Origin: an uncultured Chloroflexia bacterium
GTDB lineage: Bacteria > Chloroflexota > Anaerolineae > B4-G1 > SLSP01
Assembly (NCBI GenBank): GCA_963751345.1
Contig: CAVVUS010000014.1
Span: forward strand, 192,001 to 256,000
Direction: 5' to 3'
Length of the DNA stretch: 64,000 bases
Shown: piece after piece, positions 32,501-41,375 of the stretch
Layout of the letters: the number at the start of each line of letters is the position of its first letter
Position numbering within the stretch: position 1 is the first letter of the stretch
The notes under the pieces: generated by a model
The model's input: the letters and a program-made list of their open reading frames with translations, nothing else
Told to the model about the DNA's origin: nothing
Database searches by the model: none
Position numbers and translations under genes: made by a program

Positions 32501-34060
32501 TTTGGTCGTAATTGAGCGGTTTAGCTCGTTGAAGAGCTGCAACGTTGTGACCTGCTTGCGCAGGCTTTCCACCAGGCGCTGATTCTCGATGATCTGCGCG
32601 ACCTGGGACGCAAAAACCTCGATGACTTCCGCCGTCATCGCTGTTGGCGCGAGCCCATCTCTGGGGCGATCCACCGACATGATGCCGATGATATCTTCGG
32701 CGCTGCCACGCAGCGGCACAAAGAAGACGTCCTCGTTATGCCAGAGCGTGAGATCCTCGTCTACGTCAAGCCTGTCTGGGACAAAGACATCGAGACCCTC
32801 GGTGAGAGCGCGGAACTGCTCCGGTATATAATAACACTGGCCAAGTCTGAAGCGGTCCTGGAACAGGCGTCGGACCCGATCCCAGCGAAGTCGAACTCTC
32901 TTACGCTTCTCCAGCTCCGTCAAGGGGATACCGGCCCCGGCCACGCGACGAAGAGAGTTGCCCTCCAGCACGCTGATCAGCACGAGGTCGAAACCCGTGC
33001 CTTCCTGCACTGCATAGGCCACGTCCAGCAGGACGTCCTCCAACGGGCGCTCCGAGCGCATCGTGCGGCTGACTTCCAGCAGAAGCGACATCTGCTCAGC
33101 CCGCTGACGCATCTGCTCACCACGTCGGAGCTGCTCCTCAAAGCGACGCGCATTGCCCACGGCGATCGCTGCCTGGCCCGACAACGCCTCGACAAGGGTA
33201 ACGGCATCAGACGTGAAAGCATCCGATCGGGTTGACTGAACCAGGATTGAGCCCACCTGGTGCTGTTCGTAGAACACTGGCGTCACCAACATGCTACGAA
33301 TTGGACCCAGTACTTCGTCAATCGGCCCACCCGCGAAGTCCGGGAAATAGAGGGTCTCCCCCGCACTGAACCACCCCCTGAGTTCGCTCCTTTTCTCCCC
33401 TTCCAAGAGCGCAGTAGCAATCTTGGCGAGATCCTCGTCATTGTAACCGCTGGCGGCGTAGATCTGGGCACTGCCATCCGTAAAAAGCGCGATGAAGCCG
33501 GCCTCAGCCCGCAAGGCTCCCAGCGCATCGTCCAGAACCACGCGCAAGATGTGATCGAGATCGATCGTCGATGTGATCTCGGTCGTGACGTGCCTCAGTG
33601 CCTCTATCTGACGGAGGTGCGCGGACTCGCTCTGCTGCCGGCCCGTGATCCCCACCACTGCAAGCCGGGCCATCTCACCGATCCAGGTTGCAGCCGCCAG
33701 GTCACTATCGCTATACGGACCGTCATCGCGGCCTAGCACGAGCCAACCGCGCCAACTGTCGACTGTCACGGGAACAAACAGGCTGCCGGTAGGGGACCCA
33801 TCTGCGGCATCGGGACCAATGGATAGAGGGGCCTCGGGCGAGCCGGCCCGTGCGAGTATCTGCTGCCAGGTGCCGGAATCCGACACCCGCGATCCTGATC
33901 CGACCTCGACTTTGGGCCGAGGTGCGGACCAGATCCAGGCACCGGCGTCGGCAGCGAGCTCGCGCATCGCGGCCTCCAACGCAATGGACCACGCCTGATC
34001 CACGCGAGAGGCTGCGGCGAACTGCTCTCCGACCGCCTTGAGCCCTAAGGTGTGCGGCAA
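29540..34060 (-). CDS. Soluble multi-GAF/PAS hybrid histidine kinase with one intact and one degenerate receiver
   Basis: About 5 GAF-like repeats, PAS (DGVMVAD...FNAAAE), VSHELRTP, NLIGNAYKY, DTGIG, GTGLGL; REC ILVVEDD..LD..KP; second REC lacks the acidic pair and Lys. Confidence 0.9.
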   Translation of the reverse strand: MPHTLGLKAVGEQFAAASRVDQAWSIALEAAMRELAADAGAWIWSAPRPKVEVGSGSRVSDSGTWQQILARAGSPEAPLSIGPDAADGSPTGSLFVPVTVDSWRGWLVLGRDDGPYSDSDLAAATWIGEMARLAVVGITGRQQSESAHLRQIEALRHVTTEITSTIDLDHILRVVLDDALGALRAEAGFIALFTDGSAQIYAASGYNDEDLAKIATALLEGEKRSELRGWFSAGETLYFPDFAGGPIDEVLGPIRSMLVTPVFYEQHQVGSILVQSTRSDAFTSDAVTLVEALSGQAAIAVGNARRFEEQLRRGEQMRQRAEQMSLLLEVSRTMRSERPLEDVLLDVAYAVQEGTGFDLVLISVLEGNSLRRVAGAGIPLTELEKRKRVRLRWDRVRRLFQDRFRLGQCYYIPEQFRALTEGLDVFVPDRLDVDEDLTLWHNEDVFFVPLRGSAEDIIGIMSVDRPRDGLAPTAMTAEVIEVFASQVAQIIENQRLVESLRKQVTTLQLFNELNRSITTKLDLPLVLNTVVQSVTNLLGYDFSTIFLQNRTEQAFTPMASSGYALEYYPADVSMTGEAGFIREVIHTGMPIVAEDTEDDPRFASTPIPMGSSIVVPLMAEGRSVGILTADRKQKGEFSAADVATLMALADQVSVAVDNARLFEEVKHFNEELEERVSERTQELAEALERLRFQRDRSEVLYHIASELVASLDIDLVLSQALMLLQRAVRASRSSVILLDNSTGQLSYRAAIGHAEPIPPGGRLVAFDRSTSLVGWVLEKRTSLVIPDVRLENRFGLVEVGSALSVMAVPIVSSAGESLGVILFESPLVDVFDEAQLRLVEAAAVQLGNALNNAELYRLIREQAERLGTMLRTQQIDAAKDQAILEDIADGVMVADERGDIVLFNAAAEKILSIMRQQALGRDQTEILGLFSSDVHEWLSPIVNWRTYPERYAAGAILTRRLTVDRRYVSVHISPVVSTTREFLGVVSVFRDVTSEIEADRAKTDFVSTVSHELRTPMTSIVGYVDLMLNGAAGTFPEMQLEFLRRVKTNADRLTNLVNDLLDISRIEQGRIELLSRPVSMEEIITQVAADVEPRVAEKDQTFFTVLPPGLPKVYGDPDRLIQILLNLIGNAYKYTPAGGRVTVYTYVREASLHVAVADTGIGIAPENQKRIFERFYRVEDDPAVYEVSGTGLGLAITLSLIQMHGGSIWLESELGKGSIFTFSIPLAEGEPTEDVGVLPPPVTTEPVPTILVVEDDPEISRLLQVTLESEGMKVLKAASGEAALQMAREKLPDFISLDIRLPDLDGLAVLQLLQRDPETADIPVAIVSVVSDRDRGRALGVFDYLNKPLDEQKLLDVIRRNLRPHEVVLLAGGTGESLDQLRSALRTRGIAVRATMRGERALGLARHLCPAMVVLDLALTDIDGYLFLDRLRRDRRTSKVPVVVTYGSDIAAQSQAAELQEKLKDQTGIRFVPQPFSVDELAADVYAEISENGADKESKYGEDPGC

Positions 34061-34086
34061 TTTCCCTCCAACCGTGCTAGCCCTGG

Positions 34087-34977
34087 CTAGCTGGTGCCCC
34101 GGCGGCGCGCCTCGGCGGCGGCCTCGGTGATCTCACGGATATCCGTGAACGGTCCATCCTCGGTCGTTAATATACCGACGGCCAAGCTCATCAACGGGGT
34201 ATGAAGCTCGTTACCTTCGTCGTCCTTGGTGACGAGATAGCCTTGCATCCGGGTCATGAAGTCGTAGTGCGTGCCGACATCTTTGCTGAACCGCCGGACG
34301 ATCCCGTCCCTGAGCGCCTCGGCCCTTGACGCTCGTGAGATAACCACGAAATCGTCGCCGCCAATGTGCCCCACAAAGTCGTCTGGGGTACCAAACGTGT
34401 CGACGGCCTCATTCAACACGATCCCCGTGAAGCGCAACACGTCCCCGCCGGCTACAAAGCCATAGGCCTGGTTAAAGGCATCCAATCCCTTGATCCCGAT
34501 ATAGAGAATGGACCAGTCATCGGCGCCCATGAGCTCGCGAAGCTGCTCCTCTATCAGACGTCCACTTGCCAGCCCCGTGCTGGGGCTGGTCAGACTGGCG
34601 ATCTCCGCGCTCTTGATCGTGTTGCGCACGCGCAGACGGAGTTCCTCGACATCGAACGGCTTCGTGATGTAGTCGTCCGCACCGAGCTCGAGACCACGGA
34701 TCTTGTCGCTGCGCTCATCTTTCTGCGTCAAGAAGATAATCGGAATGTGGCTGGTTCTCAGGTTCGTTCGGAGGCGACGACAGACCTCATACCCATCGAT
34801 ATCGGGCAGCATAATATCGAGCACGATCACGTTGGGCATTTTCTGCCGCGTCATGTTAAGGGCATCATTCCCAACCGGCGCAACGAAGACCTCATAACCC
34901 TGCGATTTGAAGTAGAGCTGCAGCATGTTGGAGATGTCTGCATCATCTTCCACGACGAGGATGCGACCTTCACTCAT
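34087..34977 (-). CDS. Response regulator with degenerate GGDEF-like output domain
   Basis: REC (VVEDD, VLDIMLP, ITKPF) then FNQAYGFVAGG, GHIGGDDF. Confidence 0.85.
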   Translation of the reverse strand: MSEGRILVVEDDADISNMLQLYFKSQGYEVFVAPVGNDALNMTRQKMPNVIVLDIMLPDIDGYEVCRRLRTNLRTSHIPIIFLTQKDERSDKIRGLELGADDYITKPFDVEELRLRVRNTIKSAEIASLTSPSTGLASGRLIEEQLRELMGADDWSILYIGIKGLDAFNQAYGFVAGGDVLRFTGIVLNEAVDTFGTPDDFVGHIGGDDFVVISRASRAEALRDGIVRRFSKDVGTHYDFMTRMQGYLVTKDDEGNELHTPLMSLAVGILTTEDGPFTDIREITEAAAEARRRGTS

Positions 34978-35051
34978 CCGATACCTCCTAGTTGGGAAAT
35001 CGAATCCATCACCACCTGCCCCCTGGAACAGGGAGGAGCGAAATCCATAAC

Positions 35052-36305
35052 CTAATCCCGCGGATAGAGCCTGGGATGCAACTGCTCCCCATTCTCCAGC
35101 TTGAGATGATCACTATCCTCCCAAAGCACGTTCCTGCGGATCACATACCGCTCAGGAGATGCAAGAAGGACGACGTCGGAATCGATCATGCGAGCGGGGT
35201 ACACAAGTATGCCGGACCCGATCCGAACGTGATGACCAACAGCGCCGCCGAGCGCCGTCATCCCCGTTTCCTCCAGCTTGCCGTGAAAGTGCGATCTGAT
35301 CGACTTATCCACAAGGTTGAAGTCCGTGAACGTGTTCCCTGCACCGATGAACGATCCTCGTCCAACGACACACATCTGGAGACACGTATTCTGCGCCACC
35401 ATACAATCTTCCATCAGGATCGTGCGATAGAGCGAGGCCCTGAAGGGAAGGAATGACCGATCTCCGACGACACTGAGCATCAGTTGGCAACCCTGATCGA
35501 TCGTCACGTTATTGCCGATGTAGCAGTTGCCGATCACGGCGCCCGCACCGATTGAGACGTTGTCGCCAATGACAGTCGGGCCCTGGATCGTGGCGGTAGG
35601 ATCGATGCTGCAGTTTCTGCCGACCTTCACCAACAGAGACGAAGTGAGAACCTGTTTGCGCTCCAGCATGCCGCGCCAGAGAAGCTTGAGGTTCAGCCCA
35701 ACGTCACATTCGGCCTGCTGCTCAAAGCGTGCGCCGATGGCAAAGATGCCAAAGTCGATATTAGCGTGCAGGACCTGCAGCCAATGCTCGACCGAGAGGA
35801 AGGGCTTGGTTGGTAGGTCATAGACAAGATCCCCGTACTGGTCAGACATGTGCGTCGGCACGTGATAAAAGCCAACCTCGCGTGTCTCGGTGTCCATTAC
35901 CAGAGGCCGGACGACGGGCTCGACGCCATAGGGGTAGTACCATAGGTCCGCGACATAGTGCGCACCTTCTTGGCGAATGCCCCGTTGTAGATACAGCGCG
36001 TGCCCTACGATGGCAGGATCGTCCAACGCAAAAGCGACCTGACACGCCTTGCCGGAAGCTCGAGCCCGAAGGATAAACTCGTCGATGAAAACCTCATCGA
36101 AGTAGAGGTTATCGCGATAGACGAGGGTCTCCTGCCGGTCAGTTGGGAGATCGGATAGCGCCTCGACTTCCCGTTCCTCGGTAGTGTACCGCGCCAACAC
36201 GTCGCGCTGAAAAAGCCAGAGGGGCTTCGTCAACACGCTCAACTCGCGTGCCGGCTCGTTGAATGGAGGAATCTTCCGTCGATCTCGTAATATGACCTTA
36301 TGCAC
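35052..36305 (-). CDS. Left-handed beta-helix (hexapeptide) protein with degenerate nucleotidyltransferase-like N-terminus
   Basis: Hexapeptide repeats VGRNCSIDPTATIQGPTVIGDNVSIGAGAVI..., IGAGNTFTD; no GGxGxR NTP-transferase motif. Confidence 0.7.
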   Translation of the reverse strand: MHKVILRDRRKIPPFNEPARELSVLTKPLWLFQRDVLARYTTEEREVEALSDLPTDRQETLVYRDNLYFDEVFIDEFILRARASGKACQVAFALDDPAIVGHALYLQRGIRQEGAHYVADLWYYPYGVEPVVRPLVMDTETREVGFYHVPTHMSDQYGDLVYDLPTKPFLSVEHWLQVLHANIDFGIFAIGARFEQQAECDVGLNLKLLWRGMLERKQVLTSSLLVKVGRNCSIDPTATIQGPTVIGDNVSIGAGAVIGNCYIGNNVTIDQGCQLMLSVVGDRSFLPFRASLYRTILMEDCMVAQNTCLQMCVVGRGSFIGAGNTFTDFNLVDKSIRSHFHGKLEETGMTALGGAVGHHVRIGSGILVYPARMIDSDVVLLASPERYVIRRNVLWEDSDHLKLENGEQLHPRLYPRD

Positions 36306-36326
36306 CTGAGATCCTTCCGCCCGCGA

Positions 36327-36962
36327 CTAACGCAGCGGCTCCCTCTCGACCAAGAAGGTACAGACGGGATCGCCACAGGCAATACACGTCGTCTCTTCCA
36401 CCAGAAACCTCTGGCCGCGACTCACCCAGAAGAGCGTCTCCTCCAGGAGGCCAACGGGAAAGGCACACACCGGCTCATCAGTCCTGCGACGGGCACAGAA
36501 CCCGCACGTCTCAAGAACGAAAAAAAAACCGCTGCTTCCCCTCCCGAGCGTCACGCTTTGATCCGAGTAACGGTTGAAGATCTCGGCCAGGACCTCCAGT
36601 CCTATCCGAGCTCGCAGGCTGACGGGCAGGACACGTAGGGCGACATCGGCGAAGCCAAGAATACCGCCGAATCCCTCAACCCAGTACTTGAAGCTCTCGC
36701 GGCCTGCTTGCCGCGCCAGCCGATGGCCACCTTGAACCCCATAGATACTCTCGATCGCCTCAAACAGACGACCGACCTCAACGAAAGACAGTCCCGGCTC
36801 AAAATCCGCAGGGGGCGTCCCATCGATAAGGTGGGCAAGCCTCGCCGTCGTCAGGACGGCACTGCTCCCGTTCTCACCCAGAACTTCCTTGACTGCCAGT
36901 AACAGGATGCGCGAGATCTTGTTAGGAAACCCTGCACGGTGTTGGACCGAATCCGCGCTCAC
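36327..36962 (-). CDS. V4R (4-vinyl reductase-like ligand-binding) domain protein
   Basis: CGFC...PVCAFPVGLLEE...VEETTCIACGDPVCTF. Confidence 0.82.
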   Translation of the reverse strand: MSADSVQHRAGFPNKISRILLLAVKEVLGENGSSAVLTTARLAHLIDGTPPADFEPGLSFVEVGRLFEAIESIYGVQGGHRLARQAGRESFKYWVEGFGGILGFADVALRVLPVSLRARIGLEVLAEIFNRYSDQSVTLGRGSSGFFFVLETCGFCARRRTDEPVCAFPVGLLEETLFWVSRGQRFLVEETTCIACGDPVCTFLVEREPLR

Positions 36963-37759
36963 GTGTCGGCCAAAAACCCGAGAATCACTTCGTGGAAATG
37001 CTGTGTCTCGTCCAGCATAGGGAAATGACCGGACTCCTCAAAGTAATGCACGACAGCCGGAGTCCCGTGGTCACCGATCCCATTCCGGAGAACGTCGCCC
37101 TGTTTAGGATCGACGATATTGTCTTTGCGTCCGTAGATCCCCATCGTTGGGACCCGGCATTCGTGTAGGCGCGGGCGAAGGTCCGTCTGGCGCAGATCCT
37201 CGATACTCCGCGAGAACGATTCAACGGTTGTGCGAGAGAGATCCCTGGACAGCATTCCCCAGAGCGTGCGCCAGTCCTGGGCATAGGTCGTCGAAAGCAT
37301 CTTGATCATCGCGGGAAGCAGGCCCGGAATCGCATAGAGTAGCTGGGCGACGCGGCGGCGTCCGGAGAACTTCAACAGCATACTCAGGCCGGACCCGACA
37401 ATCGGCGATCCCACGACGGCGACTTTGGAGACCCGCTCCGGATGCTGGAGTGTGAGCGATAGGGAAACCGTTCCGCCCATCGAATGTCCCATCACACGGG
37501 CGCTGGACAGCCCCATCCGCTCCATGAACTGATTCACCATATCAACATATTCGTCGACGGAGAAGGCACCCTGCTTTGCGGACTCGCCAAAACCCCAGAA
37601 GTCGAGAGCGTACGTCTTATACTGGTGTTCGGCCAGATACTCCATCGTCGACAGCCAATAATTCCACGAGCCGAGCCAGCAATGCAACAACACCACCGGC
37701 CTGCCGCGGCCAAAGGTCTCATAGTGAACGATGCCCCTGTCCGTCACAATCGAGCTCAT
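36959..37759 (-). CDS. Alpha/beta hydrolase with intact Ser-Asp-His triad
   Basis: LHCWLGSW, DFWGFGES, GHSMGG, GRKD, SGHFPM. Confidence 0.88.
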   Translation of the reverse strand: MSSIVTDRGIVHYETFGRGRPVVLLHCWLGSWNYWLSTMEYLAEHQYKTYALDFWGFGESAKQGAFSVDEYVDMVNQFMERMGLSSARVMGHSMGGTVSLSLTLQHPERVSKVAVVGSPIVGSGLSMLLKFSGRRRVAQLLYAIPGLLPAMIKMLSTTYAQDWRTLWGMLSRDLSRTTVESFSRSIEDLRQTDLRPRLHECRVPTMGIYGRKDNIVDPKQGDVLRNGIGDHGTPAVVHYFEESGHFPMLDETQHFHEVILGFLADT

Positions 37760-37780
37760 CGCAAGAAGATCACACCCTTA

Positions 37781-37804
37781 CGCGTTCAAACGTATTGACG
37801 TCCA
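37781..37804. repeat. 8-nt-period repeat (3 units)
   Basis: cgcgttca aacgtatt gacgtcca. Confidence 0.4.
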
Positions 37805-38338
37805 TTACTCCGCGTCGACGAGTTCCAGGATAGCGTACAACAGCTCCAATAGGACCTGCTTCACCGTATCCTTACTGTTGGCAATGCACGGGATGACTTT
37901 GATTCCTGGCTCCACCCGCAATACGATGCGCAGATCCTCCGGGGACCAGGCATCTATCAAATCCTGCTTGTTTGCCGCGACAATATAGGGCACGGGAGAG
38001 TAACTGCGGAAGGTATCGAGAATCCTTCGGGCCTCACGGAATGTCTCGGGACGCGTGCTATCCACCATGACGACGAAGCCCAGCATCCCCTCCGAGAGAA
38101 TCTCCCACATGAAATCGAAGCGCCGCTGTCCCGGCGTGCCGAAGAGATAGAGGATGAGCTCCTCATCCACGGTGATTCGACCGAAGTCCATCGCGACGGT
38201 CGTCTGATCCTTGATCCGCTCCGACACCTGAGTGATCTTGCGTTCGGTGGCGACGACGTCAATCTCACTGATGGCCTGGATGAACTCGGTCTTGCCAGAT
38301 GAGAACGGCCCCGTTACAACGATCTTCACCGTCTGCAT
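37805..38338 (-). CDS. Small Ras-like GTPase, MglA/CvnD-like
   Basis: GPFSSGKT (G1), TTVAMDFG (G2), LFGTPGQRRF (G3), NKQD (G4). Confidence 0.9.
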   Translation of the reverse strand: MQTVKIVVTGPFSSGKTEFIQAISEIDVVATERKITQVSERIKDQTTVAMDFGRITVDEELILYLFGTPGQRRFDFMWEILSEGMLGFVVMVDSTRPETFREARRILDTFRSYSPVPYIVAANKQDLIDAWSPEDLRIVLRVEPGIKVIPCIANSKDTVKQVLLELLYAILELVDAE

Positions 38339-38341
38339 GGA

Positions 38342-39196
38342 CTACAGCTCCCGAATACGCCGGATCAGCCTCTGGATGATGCCTCGCTTGACCGCTGGTC
38401 GGCGCATTTGAGGAGCCGCAGCAGCTTTCTCGACGCTCTCTCCGTCCGCAGGACGAGGACTGGGGGGAGCGGCAGCCGGTCGCGCCGGCCGGACCATCTC
38501 CACAAGCCCCGCCTGCAGCAGACCGTAGACGATCTTGCGGATCTGAAGCTCGTCCATATTGTTGTAGTGGGCGACCTGCTGAATAGTGTTGCGCGGGTTG
38601 ATAAAGGAGATCACCCGCCATTCCTCGACGCTCAGGTTGATGTCACGCAGGGGCGTCGATGGTCGCTCGGCAAACTTCAGCGCGATATCCAGGTCAGGAA
38701 GCTCATCACGGAGCAGTTCCCATTCCTTGAGCCGCCGGTTACCCTCCATAATCAGGTTTTCCAGGGCGATGGAGGTTGTGATCTTGCCCTGCACCGGCAG
38801 TTCGGAGGCCTCAAACCTGAAGGTGCCGCGGTTCCAGGAGATTACCTGATAGACGAGGGTGACAATGTATTCGCGCACGTGGCGCATGACAACCTGCTGC
38901 TTGAGACGACCGCTGGTAATCAGGACCCTGGCAATGTCCTGATCGGATTTCCCGGGCATGTTCTCCCGGATCATCCGGACATGATCAGCGGTAAAGACGC
39001 CGGCCCGCTGAAGAATTACGGGGAGATCGTCATCGATACCGGCTTTCGCCGCATGGATCAGCTTGCCCTCACGGAAGCACAGATAGGCCTCGTCCTCGGG
39101 ACCATGGAGATAGAGAGTGCCACTCTTGCGCGCCAAGTTGATAAGATTCAGCAACTGGGTGATACCAAAGTCCTCGATCTTACCCCTGAGTGCCAT
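38342..39196 (-). CDS. DUF4388 (PATAN-like) domain protein
   Basis: MALRGKIEDFGITQLLNLI...KSGTL...FREGKLIHA, WNRGTFRF, ENLIMEG; C-terminal winged-helix-like part. Confidence 0.82.
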   Translation of the reverse strand: MALRGKIEDFGITQLLNLINLARKSGTLYLHGPEDEAYLCFREGKLIHAAKAGIDDDLPVILQRAGVFTADHVRMIRENMPGKSDQDIARVLITSGRLKQQVVMRHVREYIVTLVYQVISWNRGTFRFEASELPVQGKITTSIALENLIMEGNRRLKEWELLRDELPDLDIALKFAERPSTPLRDINLSVEEWRVISFINPRNTIQQVAHYNNMDELQIRKIVYGLLQAGLVEMVRPARPAAAPPSPRPADGESVEKAAAAPQMRRPAVKRGIIQRLIRRIREL

Positions 39197-39284
39197 ATGC
39201 GACCGTCCTTAGTATGACCTGACGAGACAGGGAAGGAGCCGGTTCACCTACAATGATCGATCCGTCCCATAAGACTTTGTGATC

Positions 39285-39312
39285 ATTATAATGGTCTTCT
39301 AACATTCAGCAA
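39285..39312 (-). promoter_or_regulatory. Putative promoter of the signalling operon
   Basis: Minus strand TTGCTG-16 nt-TATAAT, about 90 nt upstream of the DUF4388 start. Confidence 0.4.
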
Positions 39313-39342
39313 CCGCTGCAGTAGGCTGCGTACCGCTCAGTC

Positions 39343-41190
39343 CTAAACCTCTGTCCCCCGGCTTCTATGCTCCTTCACCTTCGCGGCCTGATCCAGGATC
39401 TCTTGGGCGCCCCGCACAGCCGCCGCGCCGTTGGTTCCCAGCATTTGCGATAGTTCCACGATCCGCTCATCGGGGCCAAGTAGGGTGACGTGGGTAACGG
39501 TTCGGTTGCCCACGATCTCTTTGGCCACCTTGAAGTGGGCGTCGCCAAAGCCCGCCAACTGAGGAAGGTGGGTGATGCAGAGCACTTGGTGGCCGATGGC
39601 ATCGTCGCGATCCGTAGCGGTCAGGCGCCACAACTTCCTGCCCACAACCGTCCCGATGCGCCCGCCGATGCCCTGGTCGATCTCGTCAAAGATCAGGGTC
39701 GGCGTGCGATCGGCTCGGGCCAGGACTGTCTTGAGCGCCAACATCAGTCGCGACGTCTCACCGCCAGAGGCGGTGCGCACGAGGGGCTTGAGGCCCTCGC
39801 CCACGTTGGGTGCGACGAGAAATTCCACCCGGTCGATTCCGGTCGCATCAAACGCCGCCCTCCGCACGACGGCTTCCTCCAGGACTTCGGTACCATCGCT
39901 CGATACCGCAATGACGTGGGAAACGGGAGAGGACAGCAGGACACCATCCTCGGCTTCGTCCCAGCGGAAGGCGACGCCAAAGCGGGCGCCCGCCATTCGC
40001 AGATCGTCGAGTTCGACCTCGATGGCCGCCGCAAGTTGTGAGGAGGCCTCCCTGCGCCGCAGGGAAAGCTCCTCCGCCAACTCGCCACACGTTGTCAGGA
40101 GCGCACTCTCTTGCTGCTGTAGCTCCCCAATCCGTTCATCACTATGTTCGAGCGTTTCGAGCTCCGCCGCCGCGCTCTCGGCATAGGCCAGGATATCCTC
40201 GATATCGCCGCCGTATTTGCGCTCCAGATGTCGCAACAGACTGAGACGTTCCTCAACCCAGGTCTGCCGCTTCGGGTTGAACTCGATCTCGGCAGCGTAA
40301 TCCCGAAGGGTCCGGGCGATGTCCTCGATCTGATAGCCGATCTCATCCAGGGTCTGCATCTGAGGGCCAAGACTGGGGTCAACCCGCACAAGGGATGCCA
40401 TATCCTTTTGGCAGCGGCCCAGCAAGTCCAGGATCGCCCCCGCCCGGAGAGCACCCGATCGCTCACTACCTTCCTCCAGACGCTCCACGATGCCGGTAGC
40501 CAGGGTGACGAGCTGTTCTGCATTGGTTAGGCGCAGCAGCTCGGCCTCTAGGGTTTCCTTTTCACCGGACTTCAGTTGCGCGCTGCGAATATCCTCGACC
40601 TGAAAGCGCAGAAGATCGATCCGCTGCATCCGCTCGCGTTCGTTGCTGAGGAGCTGGTTGAGCTCGCGGCGAATCCCACGGATCTCGCGAACGGCGCCGG
40701 CCATGCGCTCGGCCAGCGGCTCAAGCCCCGCAAAGCGATCCAGGAGGCTCAAGTGCTCCCTGACCCTGAGCAGGCTGAGGTGCTCGCTCTGGCCGTGGAC
40801 ATCCACAAGCTTCTCGGCGATCTCTCGCAGCAGAGAGACGGACACCGCCCGACCATTGACACGGGCTATCGTGCGGCCGGAGCTGCGCAGTTCGCGCGCC
40901 AACCACAACGTGTCCGGGGCATCGCCTTCCAGTCCCTCGCGCTCCAGAATGGGGGCGAGGGCAGTCTGCATGTCCGGAGAGAGCAGGAACATTCCCTCGA
41001 CGCGTCCGCTCTCTGCGCCCTGGCGGAGGGCGCTGGTATCGGCACGTTCGCCAAGGATGAGGGTTACCGCATCAATCAGGATCGACTTGCCCGCTCCTGT
41101 CTCGCCGGTGAGGATATTGAAGCGCGGCTCCAATGTGAGATGGAGCTCATCGATGATCGCGAAGTCCTCGATGTGCAGTTCGCGTAACAC
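39343..41190 (-). CDS. recN: DNA repair protein RecN
   Basis: LTGETGAGKS, VHGQSEH, ASGGETSR, IFDEID, CITHLPQ. Confidence 0.96.
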   Translation of the reverse strand: MLRELHIEDFAIIDELHLTLEPRFNILTGETGAGKSILIDAVTLILGERADTSALRQGAESGRVEGMFLLSPDMQTALAPILEREGLEGDAPDTLWLARELRSSGRTIARVNGRAVSVSLLREIAEKLVDVHGQSEHLSLLRVREHLSLLDRFAGLEPLAERMAGAVREIRGIRRELNQLLSNERERMQRIDLLRFQVEDIRSAQLKSGEKETLEAELLRLTNAEQLVTLATGIVERLEEGSERSGALRAGAILDLLGRCQKDMASLVRVDPSLGPQMQTLDEIGYQIEDIARTLRDYAAEIEFNPKRQTWVEERLSLLRHLERKYGGDIEDILAYAESAAAELETLEHSDERIGELQQQESALLTTCGELAEELSLRRREASSQLAAAIEVELDDLRMAGARFGVAFRWDEAEDGVLLSSPVSHVIAVSSDGTEVLEEAVVRRAAFDATGIDRVEFLVAPNVGEGLKPLVRTASGGETSRLMLALKTVLARADRTPTLIFDEIDQGIGGRIGTVVGRKLWRLTATDRDDAIGHQVLCITHLPQLAGFGDAHFKVAKEIVGNRTVTHVTLLGPDERIVELSQMLGTNGAAAVRGAQEILDQAAKVKEHRSRGTEV

Positions 41191-41375
41191 GGTGGACGTT
41201 AGCTCCTGGTGCCGTTGCCTGAATGTCTTTCAATGAAGAACATACCTTTTTCGAGAATAGCGCAATCGGTGAGGAAGGCAAGACGCACGGCTGGGGTTAA
41301 GCCAATAACAGCCCACAAGCGTATGCATGCGGTTAGAAACAGTGATCTGGTAGCTTTTGAGAGAGAGCCTGTGCT

